A stretch of DNA of 32,000 bases from Opitutia bacterium KCR 482 (lineage in GTDB: Bacteria > Verrucomicrobiota > Verrucomicrobiia > Opitutales > Intestinicryptomonadaceae), in the NCBI GenBank assembly GCA_029269845.2, contig CP149973.1, forward strand, positions 2,250,001 through 2,282,000. Direction: 5' to 3'. The notes below the pieces were generated by a model, which did not search any database, was not told the origin of the DNA, and was given only the letters and a program-made list of their open reading frames with translations. The translations under genes and the position numbers were made by a program. Shown one piece after another: positions 7,932-16,677 of the stretch (position 1 is the stretch's first letter; each line of letters begins with the position of its first letter).

Positions 7932-10448
7932 ATGTTCGAAAGACCCGCAAACAGAATCTACCGCAATAGCGAGTTGGGGCAGTGGCTTCGACGCGTCGAT
8001 TGCGACTGGGAAAAGTTCTTTCGGGTCGAAGAGCTTGCCTACGGGCGCGAGCTGTACAAGTCGGGCGCGGTTCGCACGCTCGAACTGAACGCCAACGAGG
8101 CCATTGTCTGCGCGAAGCTTTCCGACGGCAGCGAGCCGTACTGCGTGCTCGATTTCGACGGCGTCGGATACGTGAGGCGCGGATTTTCGGGCAACCTGCA
8201 AAACGCCGCGCTCACCGTGGCGGGCTTCTACGAAATAGAGGAGCTTGTCGGCGACGTGTTTTCGAGCGACGAATTTTTGGACTACGACGAATCAGCCGCA
8301 AAGGCCCTCGCCGCGGAGTCCGCCGAAAACGCCGATTCCGCCGAACCAGAAGCCGACGCAAAGCCCGAAGCTTCCGAAAGCGCGGGCGAAGAGTTCCCCA
8401 AGCTTGCGCTTACGTTTTCGTCGCGCCGCAAGGGGCTTGCGTTTTCCGTCGCGTGGGAGTTCGCCGACGGCAAGACCCGCAGGGCTTTCGGCGAAAAATG
8501 CCTGCCCGTGGCGGAGCTTGGCGACCCGCAGAAGGAAAACTTGGTGCGGCTTGCCACAATGTCGCGCAAGTGCGGTTTCAAGTATTCGTCGGAAACGTAC
8601 CTGCTTGCGGAAATCTCGAAAATTCCGTCGTTCTTGCAAGCCGCGCTTTCGACATGGGAGAGGTATTTTATAATACACAAAGACGCGAACGTCGATTTGC
8701 TGTCGCTGGGCGAGCGCAGTGTGGAGCTGAAACCTACGGCAAAAAGCGTCGGCGGAAACTCGCTCGACTTCGACATCGAGTGGTCGTCCACGGTAGGCGA
8801 CGACATTATAGGCACTGACGAAATCGCGAAAATCGTCGGCGGCGGAACGTCGAGCCTGCGAATCGTGCCCGAATACGGCATTTTACGCATTTCTAACGAC
8901 GACACCGCGTTTGTCCGCAATGTGGAGCGCGCAAGGGAATTCGGCTTTGAGGCGGGGAAAATCCCGCGCTACATGCTGCTTTCAATCGCGGAATTCGGCG
9001 GCGGAATTTCGCTTTCGCCCGAACTCAAAAAGTGGCTCGACTCGCTCTCGGCGCGGACTTCCGCCGACTCCAAACAGCTGCCCGACTTCCTCCGCAACTA
9101 TCAGAGACGCGGCGTGCTCTGGGCAAAACGCCTCTTCGACCACGACTGCAACGCGCTTATCGCCGACGAGATGGGCTTGGGCAAAACCCTCCAAACCCTG
9201 ACCCTTATAAACATGGCGGCTTGCGGCGACGCGTCGAAAAAGTTTTTCGTAGTGTGCCCTGCAAGCGTAATTCCCGTCTGGATTTCGGAGGCGGGCAAGT
9301 TCTTCCCGAACCTCAAATGCGGCGTCCTTTCGGCGTCGTCCGACTTCGCCGACGCCCAGCTGTGGATTTCGAGCTACACGCAACTTCGCCGCAACAGGGC
9401 GGCGGTTGAAAAAATCGACTTCGAAATCGGCGTGCTCGACGAAGCCCAGTTTATCAAAAACCCCGACGCAAAGACGACAGCCGCGTGCATGGCTCTCAAA
9501 GCAAAACGGAAAATAGCCCTCACGGGCACGCCCGTCGAAAACAGGCTGCTCGACATGTGGACGACGTTCCGCTGGCTCATGCCCGGCCTTATGGGGCAGC
9601 GGGCGGTTTTCGAAAACGCGGTGCAGTCGGACGATGCTTTCGTGCGCCAGATGCGCAGGCAGATTGCGCCGTTTGTTTTGCGCAGGTTGAAGTCGGAAGT
9701 GGCGACGGAGCTTCCCGAAAAAATCTACGTCGATTTGGTCTGCCCGATGTCGGAACAGCAGAAATCGGAATACCATAAACTGCTCGGCGAGGCGCGTTCG
9801 ACGCTCGGCGGGGCTGTCGCGGAAGACGCAAAGGCGCGTTTTACGGTGCTCTCGCTCCTCACCCGCCTGCGTCAGGCGGCGTGCGACGCCGCGCTTCTGC
9901 CGTGGGTTGGCAAAGACGGCGCGGCGGAGGCGGGCGGCAAAATCTCGGTGCTTTCCGACAAGGTGGAGGAGCTGTTCATGGGCGGCAAAAAAATTCTGAT
10001 TTTCAGCCAGTTCACGCGCTTTCTCGACCTCATCGCGGAAAACATTTCCTCGCGCCTTCCCGACGCTCCCGTCTACACCCTCACAGGCGCGACGCGCGAC
10101 CGCTCCAAACCCGTCGAAGCCTTCCAAAACGGAAGCGGCGGCGCGATAATGCTTGTGAGCCTCCGCGCGGGCGGCACGGGCATAACGCTCACTTCCGCCG
10201 ACTACGTTTTCCTCGCCGACCCGTGGTGGAATCCCGCAGTCGAAGAGCAGGCGGTTGACCGCGTGCACAGAATAGGGCGCAAAGGCGACGTTTTCGTCTA
10301 CCGCATGATTGCGCAGAACACCGTGGAGGACAGGGTGCGCAAGCTCCAACTCCAAAAGAAAAAACTTTTCAACGACCTCCTCGGCGGCTTGAAGGACGTC
10401 TCGACCCACGTCAGGTTTGTGGAGACTGTCGCGGATATTTTGTCGTAG
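7932..10448 (+). CDS. SNF2-family helicase with N-terminal SWIM-like/SNF2-associated region
   Basis: The track ORF starts at TTG 7659 inside glgA. The plausible start is ATG 7932, 4 nt after the glgA stop. Helicase motifs: LRNYQRRGV, ADEMGLGKTLQ, LDEAQFIKNP, LTGTPVENRL, and the C-terminal LVSLRAGGTGITLT and QAVDRVHRIGR. About 430 aa precede the helicase core, including an acidic low-complexity linker. Confidence 0.9.
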   Translation: MFERPANRIYRNSELGQWLRRVDCDWEKFFRVEELAYGRELYKSGAVRTLELNANEAIVCAKLSDGSEPYCVLDFDGVGYVRRGFSGNLQNAALTVAGFYEIEELVGDVFSSDEFLDYDESAAKALAAESAENADSAEPEADAKPEASESAGEEFPKLALTFSSRRKGLAFSVAWEFADGKTRRAFGEKCLPVAELGDPQKENLVRLATMSRKCGFKYSSETYLLAEISKIPSFLQAALSTWERYFIIHKDANVDLLSLGERSVELKPTAKSVGGNSLDFDIEWSSTVGDDIIGTDEIAKIVGGGTSSLRIVPEYGILRISNDDTAFVRNVERAREFGFEAGKIPRYMLLSIAEFGGGISLSPELKKWLDSLSARTSADSKQLPDFLRNYQRRGVLWAKRLFDHDCNALIADEMGLGKTLQTLTLINMAACGDASKKFFVVCPASVIPVWISEAGKFFPNLKCGVLSASSDFADAQLWISSYTQLRRNRAAVEKIDFEIGVLDEAQFIKNPDAKTTAACMALKAKRKIALTGTPVENRLLDMWTTFRWLMPGLMGQRAVFENAVQSDDAFVRQMRRQIAPFVLRRLKSEVATELPEKIYVDLVCPMSEQQKSEYHKLLGEARSTLGGAVAEDAKARFTVLSLLTRLRQAACDAALLPWVGKDGAAEAGGKISVLSDKVEELFMGGKKILIFSQFTRFLDLIAENISSRLPDAPVYTLTGATRDRSKPVEAFQNGSGGAIMLVSLRAGGTGITLTSADYVFLADPWWNPAVEEQAVDRVHRIGRKGDVFVYRMIAQNTVEDRVRKLQLQKKKLFNDLLGGLKDVSTHVRFVETVADILS

Positions 10449-10463
10449 CAAAAATTATTGAAT

Positions 10464-11207
10464 ATGAAAATAATATCGTGGAATGTCAACGGGATAAGAA
10501 GCGCGCTTTCGAAAAATTTTCGCGAATTTGCCGCCGCCGAAAACCCCGACATCGTGTGCGTGCAGGAGACGAAAATCGACCCCGCCGCCGCCGAAAAGCT
10601 CGATTTGCCCTTTAAGTACCGCTACTTCCACTGCGCCGAACGCGCGGGCTATTCGGGCGTTGCGATTTTCTCGAACGTGGAGCCGCTGTCCGTCTCGCGC
10701 GAGGCTCTGTGCGGCAGCCCCGACGAGGGCAGATTTCTTTCCGCCGACTTCGGCAAATTCGTCCTAACCTCAATCTACGCGCCGAACTCGCAGGACGCCC
10801 TCAAACGCATAGACTACAAGCACGCGTGGAACACGGCGTTTGCCGCAAAAATGGCGGAGTCGCGGCGGAGCATTGTCTGCGGCGACTTCAACGTGGCGCA
10901 TTGCGAAATCGACATCGCCCGCCCCAGGGAAAACGAGGGCAACGCGGGCTTTTCGCAAACGGAACGCGACGACTTCGGCATGATTTTGAAAACCGCAGAC
11001 CTCCGCGACGTCTGGCGCGAGCGCAATCCCGAAAAAGTCCAGTACTCTTGGTGGAGCTACCGCGGCGGGGCGAGGCGCAGAAACGTCGGCTGGCGGCTCG
11101 ACTATTTTCTCGTTTCGACGCCGCTTTTGCCCGAAGTCGAAGACGCCGAAATTCTCTCCGACGTTTTGGGCTCGGATCACGCCCCGATTTCGATAGTCAT
11201 CAAATAG
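10464..11207 (+). CDS. xthA: exodeoxyribonuclease III
   Basis: The track ORF starts at TTG 10458. ATG 10464 gives MKIISWNVNGIRS. Motifs: VCVQETK, YSGVAIFS, GDFNVAH, WWSYRGG, GWRLDY and SDHAPI. Confidence 0.93.
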   Translation: MKIISWNVNGIRSALSKNFREFAAAENPDIVCVQETKIDPAAAEKLDLPFKYRYFHCAERAGYSGVAIFSNVEPLSVSREALCGSPDEGRFLSADFGKFVLTSIYAPNSQDALKRIDYKHAWNTAFAAKMAESRRSIVCGDFNVAHCEIDIARPRENEGNAGFSQTERDDFGMILKTADLRDVWRERNPEKVQYSWWSYRGGARRRNVGWRLDYFLVSTPLLPEVEDAEILSDVLGSDHAPISIVIK

Positions 11208-11253
11208 CCGCGCCGCAAGATGGCGCAAACGCGCATGTTTTGATTGCGTATTG

Positions 11254-11275
11254 AGGGCGCGCCGCGCCTTTTTTT
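11254..11275 (+). terminator. candidate rho-independent terminator after xthA
   Basis: Short GC stem (GGCGC 11056-type pairing at 11256-11260 with GCGCC 11264-11268, 3-nt loop, extendable by A-T/G-T pairs) followed by T7 at 11269-11275. The stem is short, so this is tentative. Confidence 0.45.
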
Positions 11276-11276
11276 G

Positions 11277-11306
11277 TTGACTAATTTGAAGAAAATTCAA
11301 TACAAA
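11277..11306 (+). promoter_or_regulatory. candidate sigma70-like promoter for the large glycoside hydrolase
   Basis: TTGACT (11277-11282), 18-nt spacer, TACAAA (11301-11306), then 9 nt to ATG 11316. There is no SD-like sequence, so a near-leaderless transcript is possible. Confidence 0.3.
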
Positions 11307-11315
11307 TCAATATCT

Positions 11316-14300
11316 ATGATGGTTATGTTAAGTTTAATTTCCAAGAGCATGCGGGTCTGCGCAATTTCCGCTGCAATGCTCGTTTCCGCGTTTGCCGTAG
11401 GGGGTGAAATCGACGCGCTCAAACGCGATTTCGAAAATCCGCCCGCGCCCTCCCGCGCCGAAACGTGGTACCACTTCACGACAAACGCCGCAACGAAGGA
11501 GGGCATCACCGCCGACATCGAGGCGATGCGCGACATCGGCTTCACCACCGCCCACGTTTTTGCAATCGGCAGCTACGGGAAAATCCCCGGCTTCGAGCTT
11601 AAATTCGACAACGAGCAGTGGCGCGGGCTTATGCGCCACCTCGGCAAAGAGGCTAAACGTTGCGGAATAGCCCTCGGCACGCACAACTGCCCCGGGTGGT
11701 CGAGTTCGGGCGGCCCGTGGATTAAGCCAGAAGACTCCATGAAAATGGTCGTTGCCTCCGAAACTTTCGCGACAGCCCCGCTTGAATCTCCCGTAAAACT
11801 TCCGCAACCCGAAAGTAAATTCGGCTTCTACCGCGACATCGCAGTAATCGCAATTCCGAGCGGCGGCAGACTTCCGACGCCTGCTTCCGCCGACGCCGAC
11901 ATGCGCAAAGTCTTGTCGGGCAGGGTAATCGCCCTGCCGATGAAAGAGCGCGGCAGCTCGGCGGACTACGTTCTCGAATTCCCGAAACCCGTCAACGCGC
12001 AGACGGCAAAGCTTGTTTTCAAAGACCTGCACGTATATGTGGGGGTTGACATTTCGGTTTCGGCGGACGGCAAGAATTACAGGAAAATCGTTTCGGAGAA
12101 AATAGCGTCGTTTGCCGATTCGAGCGCACCTCACTATTTTTCGCTCAAAGACGCGGGCGATTTCAAATTCTGCAAAGTGTCGTTCCGCAACGTCGGCTTC
12201 CCCGACTGGTTTTCGCCGCGCGACATGCACTTAAAAAGCATTGAATTTCTCGCCGACCCCATGATTTTCGAAGCCCCGCGCAAAGTCTCGATGGGCAAGG
12301 CCTTCACGTACTGGGTGCCGAACGGAAACGAGGCGGCGGGCGCGGACAAGTCGAAAGTGCTCGTCCTTACCGACAAATTCAAAAACGGCGTGCTCTCCGC
12401 CGGGCTTCCCGCGGGAGATTGGAAAATTCTGCGCATAGGCTATACCTCGACAGGCGCGAAAAACCAGCCCACAACATGCTTCGGCTTGGAGTGCGACAAG
12501 CTCTCTAAGCGCGGGCTTGACGCCCACTGGCCGCACTACATGGCGAAGATGATTGAAGACTGTGGCGGCATGCTCAAAAACGCCACAATCGACAGCTACG
12601 AAGTCAGCGGGCAGAATTGGACGGAAAACTTCGCCGAAGAATTCAGGGCGCGGCGCGGCTACGACATTGTTCCGTGGCTGCCCGTCATGGTCGGCTGTCC
12701 CGTGGGCACGCCGGAGGAATGCGCAAAATTTTCGTTCGACGTGCAGACTACCGTCGCCGAGCTTTTCGCCGAAAACTACTTCGATTACTTCGGCGAACTC
12801 TGCCGCAAAAACGGGCTTATTTCGATAGCGGAATCCTACGGCGGGCCTTTCGACTACCTTAGGGGCATACGCCACATAGAATTCCCCGCGACGGAATTTT
12901 GGGTGTCGCCAAGAGCGCCGTCCCGCGCGGTGCTTTCAATGGCGAACGTCTACGGGAAGAGCCGCGCGGGCGCGGAGTCTTTTACGACGATGTTCAACGA
13001 GGGACGCTGGCAGAACGACCCCCGCGACCTCAAATTCTACGGCGACCGCGCGTGGTCGCGCGGCGTGTCCGAATTCATAATGCACTCGTACGTGCACCAG
13101 CCGTTCAACGCGGGGCCGGGGCTTGGGCTTGGCAGGCACGGCTCGCACCTCAACCGCCTGAACACATGGTGGAAAATGGGCGGCGAATGGGTTAAATACA
13201 TCGGGCGTTCGCAGGTGCTTTTGCAGCGCGGAGTCCTCGCCGGCGACGTGCTCGTAATGCCGCCGCTCAACTCGCCGAACAGCATGTTCTACGGCGACTC
13301 GGTATCGGGCAAACTCTTCTCGGCGGGATACTCCGCGGCGATATGCTCGCCGTTCGACTTGGGCGAAATTCTGTTCGTCGAAAACGGCAGGGTGAAGGCG
13401 GCCAAAAACGGGGCGTCGTTCGGAATGCTCGCAATTCCCGACTCCAAATACATGTCGGTAAAAAAGCTCCGCGCCCTGCGCAGGCTCGTAGCCGACGGCG
13501 CGACCGTCGCCGCCGCCAAGCCGCGGGAAACGCCCACACTCTCCGACAGCCAAGCCGACTTCGACGCGCTCGTCGCCGAAATTTGGGGCAACGGCGAACC
13601 GCTCCGCCGCATCGGCAGGGGCAGGCTCATCGCTACGGGCGACATTTTCAAGGCGGTTTCGACAGTCGGCATGAAGCCCGACTTCAAGGGCAGAAACATC
13701 GACTTCTTGAAGCGCGTGGACGGCGGCGTCGAAATCTTCTACCTCTACAACACAGCTCCCGACGCCGTTTCGCAAACGGTTTCGTTCAGGGTGGAAGACG
13801 GAAAAGTTCCGCAAATTTGGAACGCCGAAAACGGGTCTGTCGAAAACGCCGCGCGTTGGTCGCGCAGGGGCGAATATGTGGAAATGCCGCTCGACTTCGC
13901 CGCAAACGAGCCGAAATTCGTGGTCTTCGCCGACGGGAAGGCGGCGGCGGTTTCGGAATTTACGGTTTCGGGCACGGCTAAAAAGCCCGCTTCCGTGAAA
14001 ATTTTGGAGGCAAAATACGGCAGCGGAAATTCGGTCGTCGACGTGCTCGGAAAAGTCGCTGCGGAAATCGGGAGCGGAATTACGGTTTCGAACGAAACGT
14101 TCGGCAAAGACCCCGCCCCGATGAAGCCCAAAAAACTCCGCGTGAGGTATTCGAAAGACGGCGAAATTTTCGAGCGCGAATACCCCGAAAAATCTGTCGC
14201 CCTCATTTCCGTCGCTCCGCAAAGCTCCGTGCGCCCGCTTTACAGAAACGGCGTGCTTTCCGTCGAATTCCGCGAAAACGCAAAGGCGGAGGGCTCGCTT

Positions 14301-14891
14301 TCGGACGGCTCGAAGTTCTCGGTGTCGGTTTCCGACATTCCCGCGCCGCGCGACATCTCCGAAAACTGGAAGGTCGAATTCCAGAAAAACAGGGGCGCGC
14401 CCGACTCGATTGCGCTCGGAAAATTGCAGTCGCTTTCGGAGTCTGAAATCGACGGCATAAAATATTTTTCGGGCGGGATGCTGTATTCCAAAAACGTCGA
14501 AATTCCCGCGGAGTTCTTCAAGAAAAACCGCAGGATAATTCTTTCGTTCGGCGGCGTCTACAACGTCGCGGAGGTCTGGCTGAACGGTAAAAAAGCCACG
14601 ACCCTCTGGACGCCCCCGTTTGAGTGCGACATTACCGACTTCGCAAAAAGCGGCGCAAATTCGCTTTCCGTGAAAGTCGCAAACCTCTGGGTAAACCGCA
14701 TTATAGGCGACCAGCGCGAGCCCGACGAGGGCTGGCAGAAATGGTCGTTGGAGGGCAAAAGCGTTTCGGAGACAAAACGCTTCACGTTCTCGAACTGGAC
14801 AAACTCCTGGGCGAAGGATTCCCCGCTGAAAAAGTCGGGGCTTACCGACGGCGCGTCGGTTTCCGCCCGCGACTACGTTCCGCTAAAATAG
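11316..14891 (+). CDS. large secreted glycoside hydrolase (F-x-NPP / alpha-L-rhamnosidase GH106-like N-terminus, C-terminal galactose-binding-like jelly roll)
   Basis: The track ORF begins at 11244. Likely starts are ATG 11316 or ATG 11349 (MRVCAISAAMLVSAFAVGG signal peptide). The N-terminal FENPPAPSRAETWYHF...TKEGITADIEAMRDIGF resembles the GH106-type family as I recall it. The C-terminal VYNVAEVWLNGKKATTLWTPPFECDITDF is a GH2-like sugar-binding beta-sandwich pattern. The CDS call is confident. The family call is tentative. Confidence 0.85.
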   Translation: MMVMLSLISKSMRVCAISAAMLVSAFAVGGEIDALKRDFENPPAPSRAETWYHFTTNAATKEGITADIEAMRDIGFTTAHVFAIGSYGKIPGFELKFDNEQWRGLMRHLGKEAKRCGIALGTHNCPGWSSSGGPWIKPEDSMKMVVASETFATAPLESPVKLPQPESKFGFYRDIAVIAIPSGGRLPTPASADADMRKVLSGRVIALPMKERGSSADYVLEFPKPVNAQTAKLVFKDLHVYVGVDISVSADGKNYRKIVSEKIASFADSSAPHYFSLKDAGDFKFCKVSFRNVGFPDWFSPRDMHLKSIEFLADPMIFEAPRKVSMGKAFTYWVPNGNEAAGADKSKVLVLTDKFKNGVLSAGLPAGDWKILRIGYTSTGAKNQPTTCFGLECDKLSKRGLDAHWPHYMAKMIEDCGGMLKNATIDSYEVSGQNWTENFAEEFRARRGYDIVPWLPVMVGCPVGTPEECAKFSFDVQTTVAELFAENYFDYFGELCRKNGLISIAESYGGPFDYLRGIRHIEFPATEFWVSPRAPSRAVLSMANVYGKSRAGAESFTTMFNEGRWQNDPRDLKFYGDRAWSRGVSEFIMHSYVHQPFNAGPGLGLGRHGSHLNRLNTWWKMGGEWVKYIGRSQVLLQRGVLAGDVLVMPPLNSPNSMFYGDSVSGKLFSAGYSAAICSPFDLGEILFVENGRVKAAKNGASFGMLAIPDSKYMSVKKLRALRRLVADGATVAAAKPRETPTLSDSQADFDALVAEIWGNGEPLRRIGRGRLIATGDIFKAVSTVGMKPDFKGRNIDFLKRVDGGVEIFYLYNTAPDAVSQTVSFRVEDGKVPQIWNAENGSVENAARWSRRGEYVEMPLDFAANEPKFVVFADGKAAAVSEFTVSGTAKKPASVKILEAKYGSGNSVVDVLGKVAAEIGSGITVSNETFGKDPAPMKPKKLRVRYSKDGEIFEREYPEKSVALISVAPQSSVRPLYRNGVLSVEFRENAKAEGSLSDGSKFSVSVSDIPAPRDISENWKVEFQKNRGAPDSIALGKLQSLSESEIDGIKYFSGGMLYSKNVEIPAEFFKKNRRIILSFGGVYNVAEVWLNGKKATTLWTPPFECDITDFAKSGANSLSVKVANLWVNRIIGDQREPDEGWQKWSLEGKSVSETKRFTFSNWTNSWAKDSPLKKSGLTDGASVSARDYVPLK

Positions 14892-14905
14892 CCCGCGCGC
14901 GCGGC

Positions 14906-14939
14906 GCGGCGGCGGGGAAATCCGCCGCCGCCGTTTTTT
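14906..14939 (+). terminator. rho-independent terminator
   Basis: 10-bp GC stem (14906-14915 pairing with 14922-14931), 6-nt loop GGAAAT, then CCG plus T6 (14934-14939). Lies 15 nt after the hydrolase stop. Confidence 0.75.
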
Positions 14940-14995
14940 CATTCGGGCGGGAAAGCCGATTTCTCCGCCCGACATTACACGAAAATTTTTATTGC

Positions 14996-16651
14996 ATGGA
15001 AGACATCACTTACATCATCGGACACAAAAATCCCGACGTGGACTCAATCTGCTCGGCGATAGCATACGCCGACTTCAAGCTGGCGATAGGGCAGGGCGGT
15101 TTCCTCGCCGCGCGCTGCGGCAACTCGAACGCCCGCATAGACAGAGTGCTCAAACGCTTCGGGGCGCAGCTTCCGCCCTTTGTCGGCGACGTGCGCCTGC
15201 GCACGAAGGATATCATGAAAACCGATTTTATACGAATGGGCATGGATTCTTCGTGTTTTTCGGTAATGGGCGCGATAGACAAAAACGACCTGCGCTCGAT
15301 TCCCATCGTAGACGGAAATTCGGTCTTGCAGGGCGAAGTTTCGGTGTTCGACTTGGGCGAATTTTTCATTCCGCACCCCAACTCCGCCCGCGATGTCAGG
15401 CGCGTCAGCGCGACCCTTAACGACATCATTAAAACTCTCAACGCCGACGTCCGCTGCGCGTTTTCCGCCGACAAGACAGAGGAGATGTTCGTGCGAATCG
15501 GCGCGATGGAAGTCTCGACTTTCGGCAGAGTGCTCGATTCCGAAAAATCAAGCCCCGAGCGCAACCTAATCGTCGTGGGCGACAGATTCGACATTCAAAT
15601 TAAGGCGATTCAAACGGGGGTGCGCGCCCTCATCATCACGGGCGGCTACGACATCGACCCCGCTGTCGTCGAGATGGCGCGTTCGCGCGGCGTGAGCGTA
15701 ATCTCGTGCCAGTACGACAGCGCGACCACCGCCCTGCTTGTCCGCATGGCGACCCGCGCGCTTCCTATGATGCGCAAGCCCGCGGCGGTCGTCAAAAGCG
15801 ACTGCCTGCTCTCGAAAATCTCGGCGCGCGCAAAGGACTTTTTCGGCAAGACAATCTACGTCTGCGGCGACGACGGGCGGCTCGAAGGGCTTTTTTCGAA
15901 CCCCGACCTGCTCGGAATATCCAAGCAGAAGCTCGTGCTCGTAGACCACAACGAGCTTTCGCAGGCGGTAACGGGCGCGGACGAGTCGGACATCGTGGAG
16001 ATTATAGACCACCACAGGCTCGGCGTCTCTCCGACGCGCAGCCCGATTCTCTTCCTCAACAAACCCGTCGGCTCGACATGCACAATCATCAGCGGAATGT
16101 TCCGTAAAAGCGGCGTGAAAATGTCGGAGCGCACGGCGGGGCTTCTGTGTAGCGGCATTGTCTGCGACACCCTCAACCTCAAAAGCCCGACCGCGACAGA
16201 TGAAGATTTCGCCGAGCTTGAATACCTCTGCGGCATCTTGAAAACCGACGGCGGCGAGCTTGCCGACTACATCTTCGGGGCGGACAGCGTCATACTTTCG
16301 CTCAATCCCGACGATGTTATCGCCAGCGACTGCAAAAAGTACGACGAGGGCGGCGTGGCGTTTTCGGTCTCGCAAATCGAGGAGCTTGACTTCGCGAACT
16401 TCAACGCAAAGAAGGAGGAAATCCGCCGCGCCCTCGACGCGTACCGCAAGGAAAACGGGCTGTATTTCTCCGCGCTGTTCGTAACGAACGTCATGACGCA
16501 GGACTCGCTTCTGATGGTAAGCGGCGGCGACGACATGGTGGCGAAAATCAACTATGTGCGCGACACCGAGCGCGGCGTCTTCGAGCTTCCGAAAATCGTA
16601 AGCCGCAAAAAACAGCTCATTCCCTACCTCGCCGCGCTTTTGCGCGACTGA
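14996..16651 (+). CDS. CBS-domain-containing family II inorganic pyrophosphatase (DHH-CBS-DRTGG-DHHA2)
   Basis: The track ORF starts at 14624 inside the previous gene. The real start is MEDITYIIGHKNPDVDSICSAIAYA (DHH motif I). Also present: a CBS pair region, DRTGG-like VGDRFDIQIKAIQTGVRALIITGG, VDHNE, IIDHHR, and the DHHA2 C-terminus ending SRKKQLIPYL. Confidence 0.9.
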   Translation: MEDITYIIGHKNPDVDSICSAIAYADFKLAIGQGGFLAARCGNSNARIDRVLKRFGAQLPPFVGDVRLRTKDIMKTDFIRMGMDSSCFSVMGAIDKNDLRSIPIVDGNSVLQGEVSVFDLGEFFIPHPNSARDVRRVSATLNDIIKTLNADVRCAFSADKTEEMFVRIGAMEVSTFGRVLDSEKSSPERNLIVVGDRFDIQIKAIQTGVRALIITGGYDIDPAVVEMARSRGVSVISCQYDSATTALLVRMATRALPMMRKPAAVVKSDCLLSKISARAKDFFGKTIYVCGDDGRLEGLFSNPDLLGISKQKLVLVDHNELSQAVTGADESDIVEIIDHHRLGVSPTRSPILFLNKPVGSTCTIISGMFRKSGVKMSERTAGLLCSGIVCDTLNLKSPTATDEDFAELEYLCGILKTDGGELADYIFGADSVILSLNPDDVIASDCKKYDEGGVAFSVSQIEELDFANFNAKKEEIRRALDAYRKENGLYFSALFVTNVMTQDSLLMVSGGDDMVAKINYVRDTERGVFELPKIVSRKKQLIPYLAALLRD

Positions 16652-16677
16652 TTCTCCCCGCCCGCCGCCAACGCCGC

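Noticed and set aside
8982-10451. 489-aa minus-strand ORF antisense to the SNF2 helicase core
   Set aside because: It is an Arg-rich shadow ORF. The plus strand carries all the canonical SNF2 motifs.
7932-11207. SNF2 helicase as the core of a phage-defence system (DISARM/Zorya-like)
   Set aside because: No DUF1998, PLD nuclease, methyltransferase, ZorA/B-like or other partner genes are present. The flanks are housekeeping (glgA, xthA). The architecture matches the common bacterial SWIM/SNF2-associated class.
12936-14222. 428-aa minus-strand ORF inside the large glycoside hydrolase gene
   Set aside because: It is an Arg/Val/Glu-rich shadow ORF with no signal or motifs. The plus-strand frame is continuous and coding-like over 3.5 kb.
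14943-14972. 8-bp hairpin (TCGGGCGG / CCGCCCGA, 14-nt loop) 24 nt upstream of the pyrophosphatase ATG as a regulatory element
   Set aside because: It has no U-tract, no recognisable riboswitch features and no alternative pairing. It lies just after a strong terminator and may simply be GC-rich spacer.
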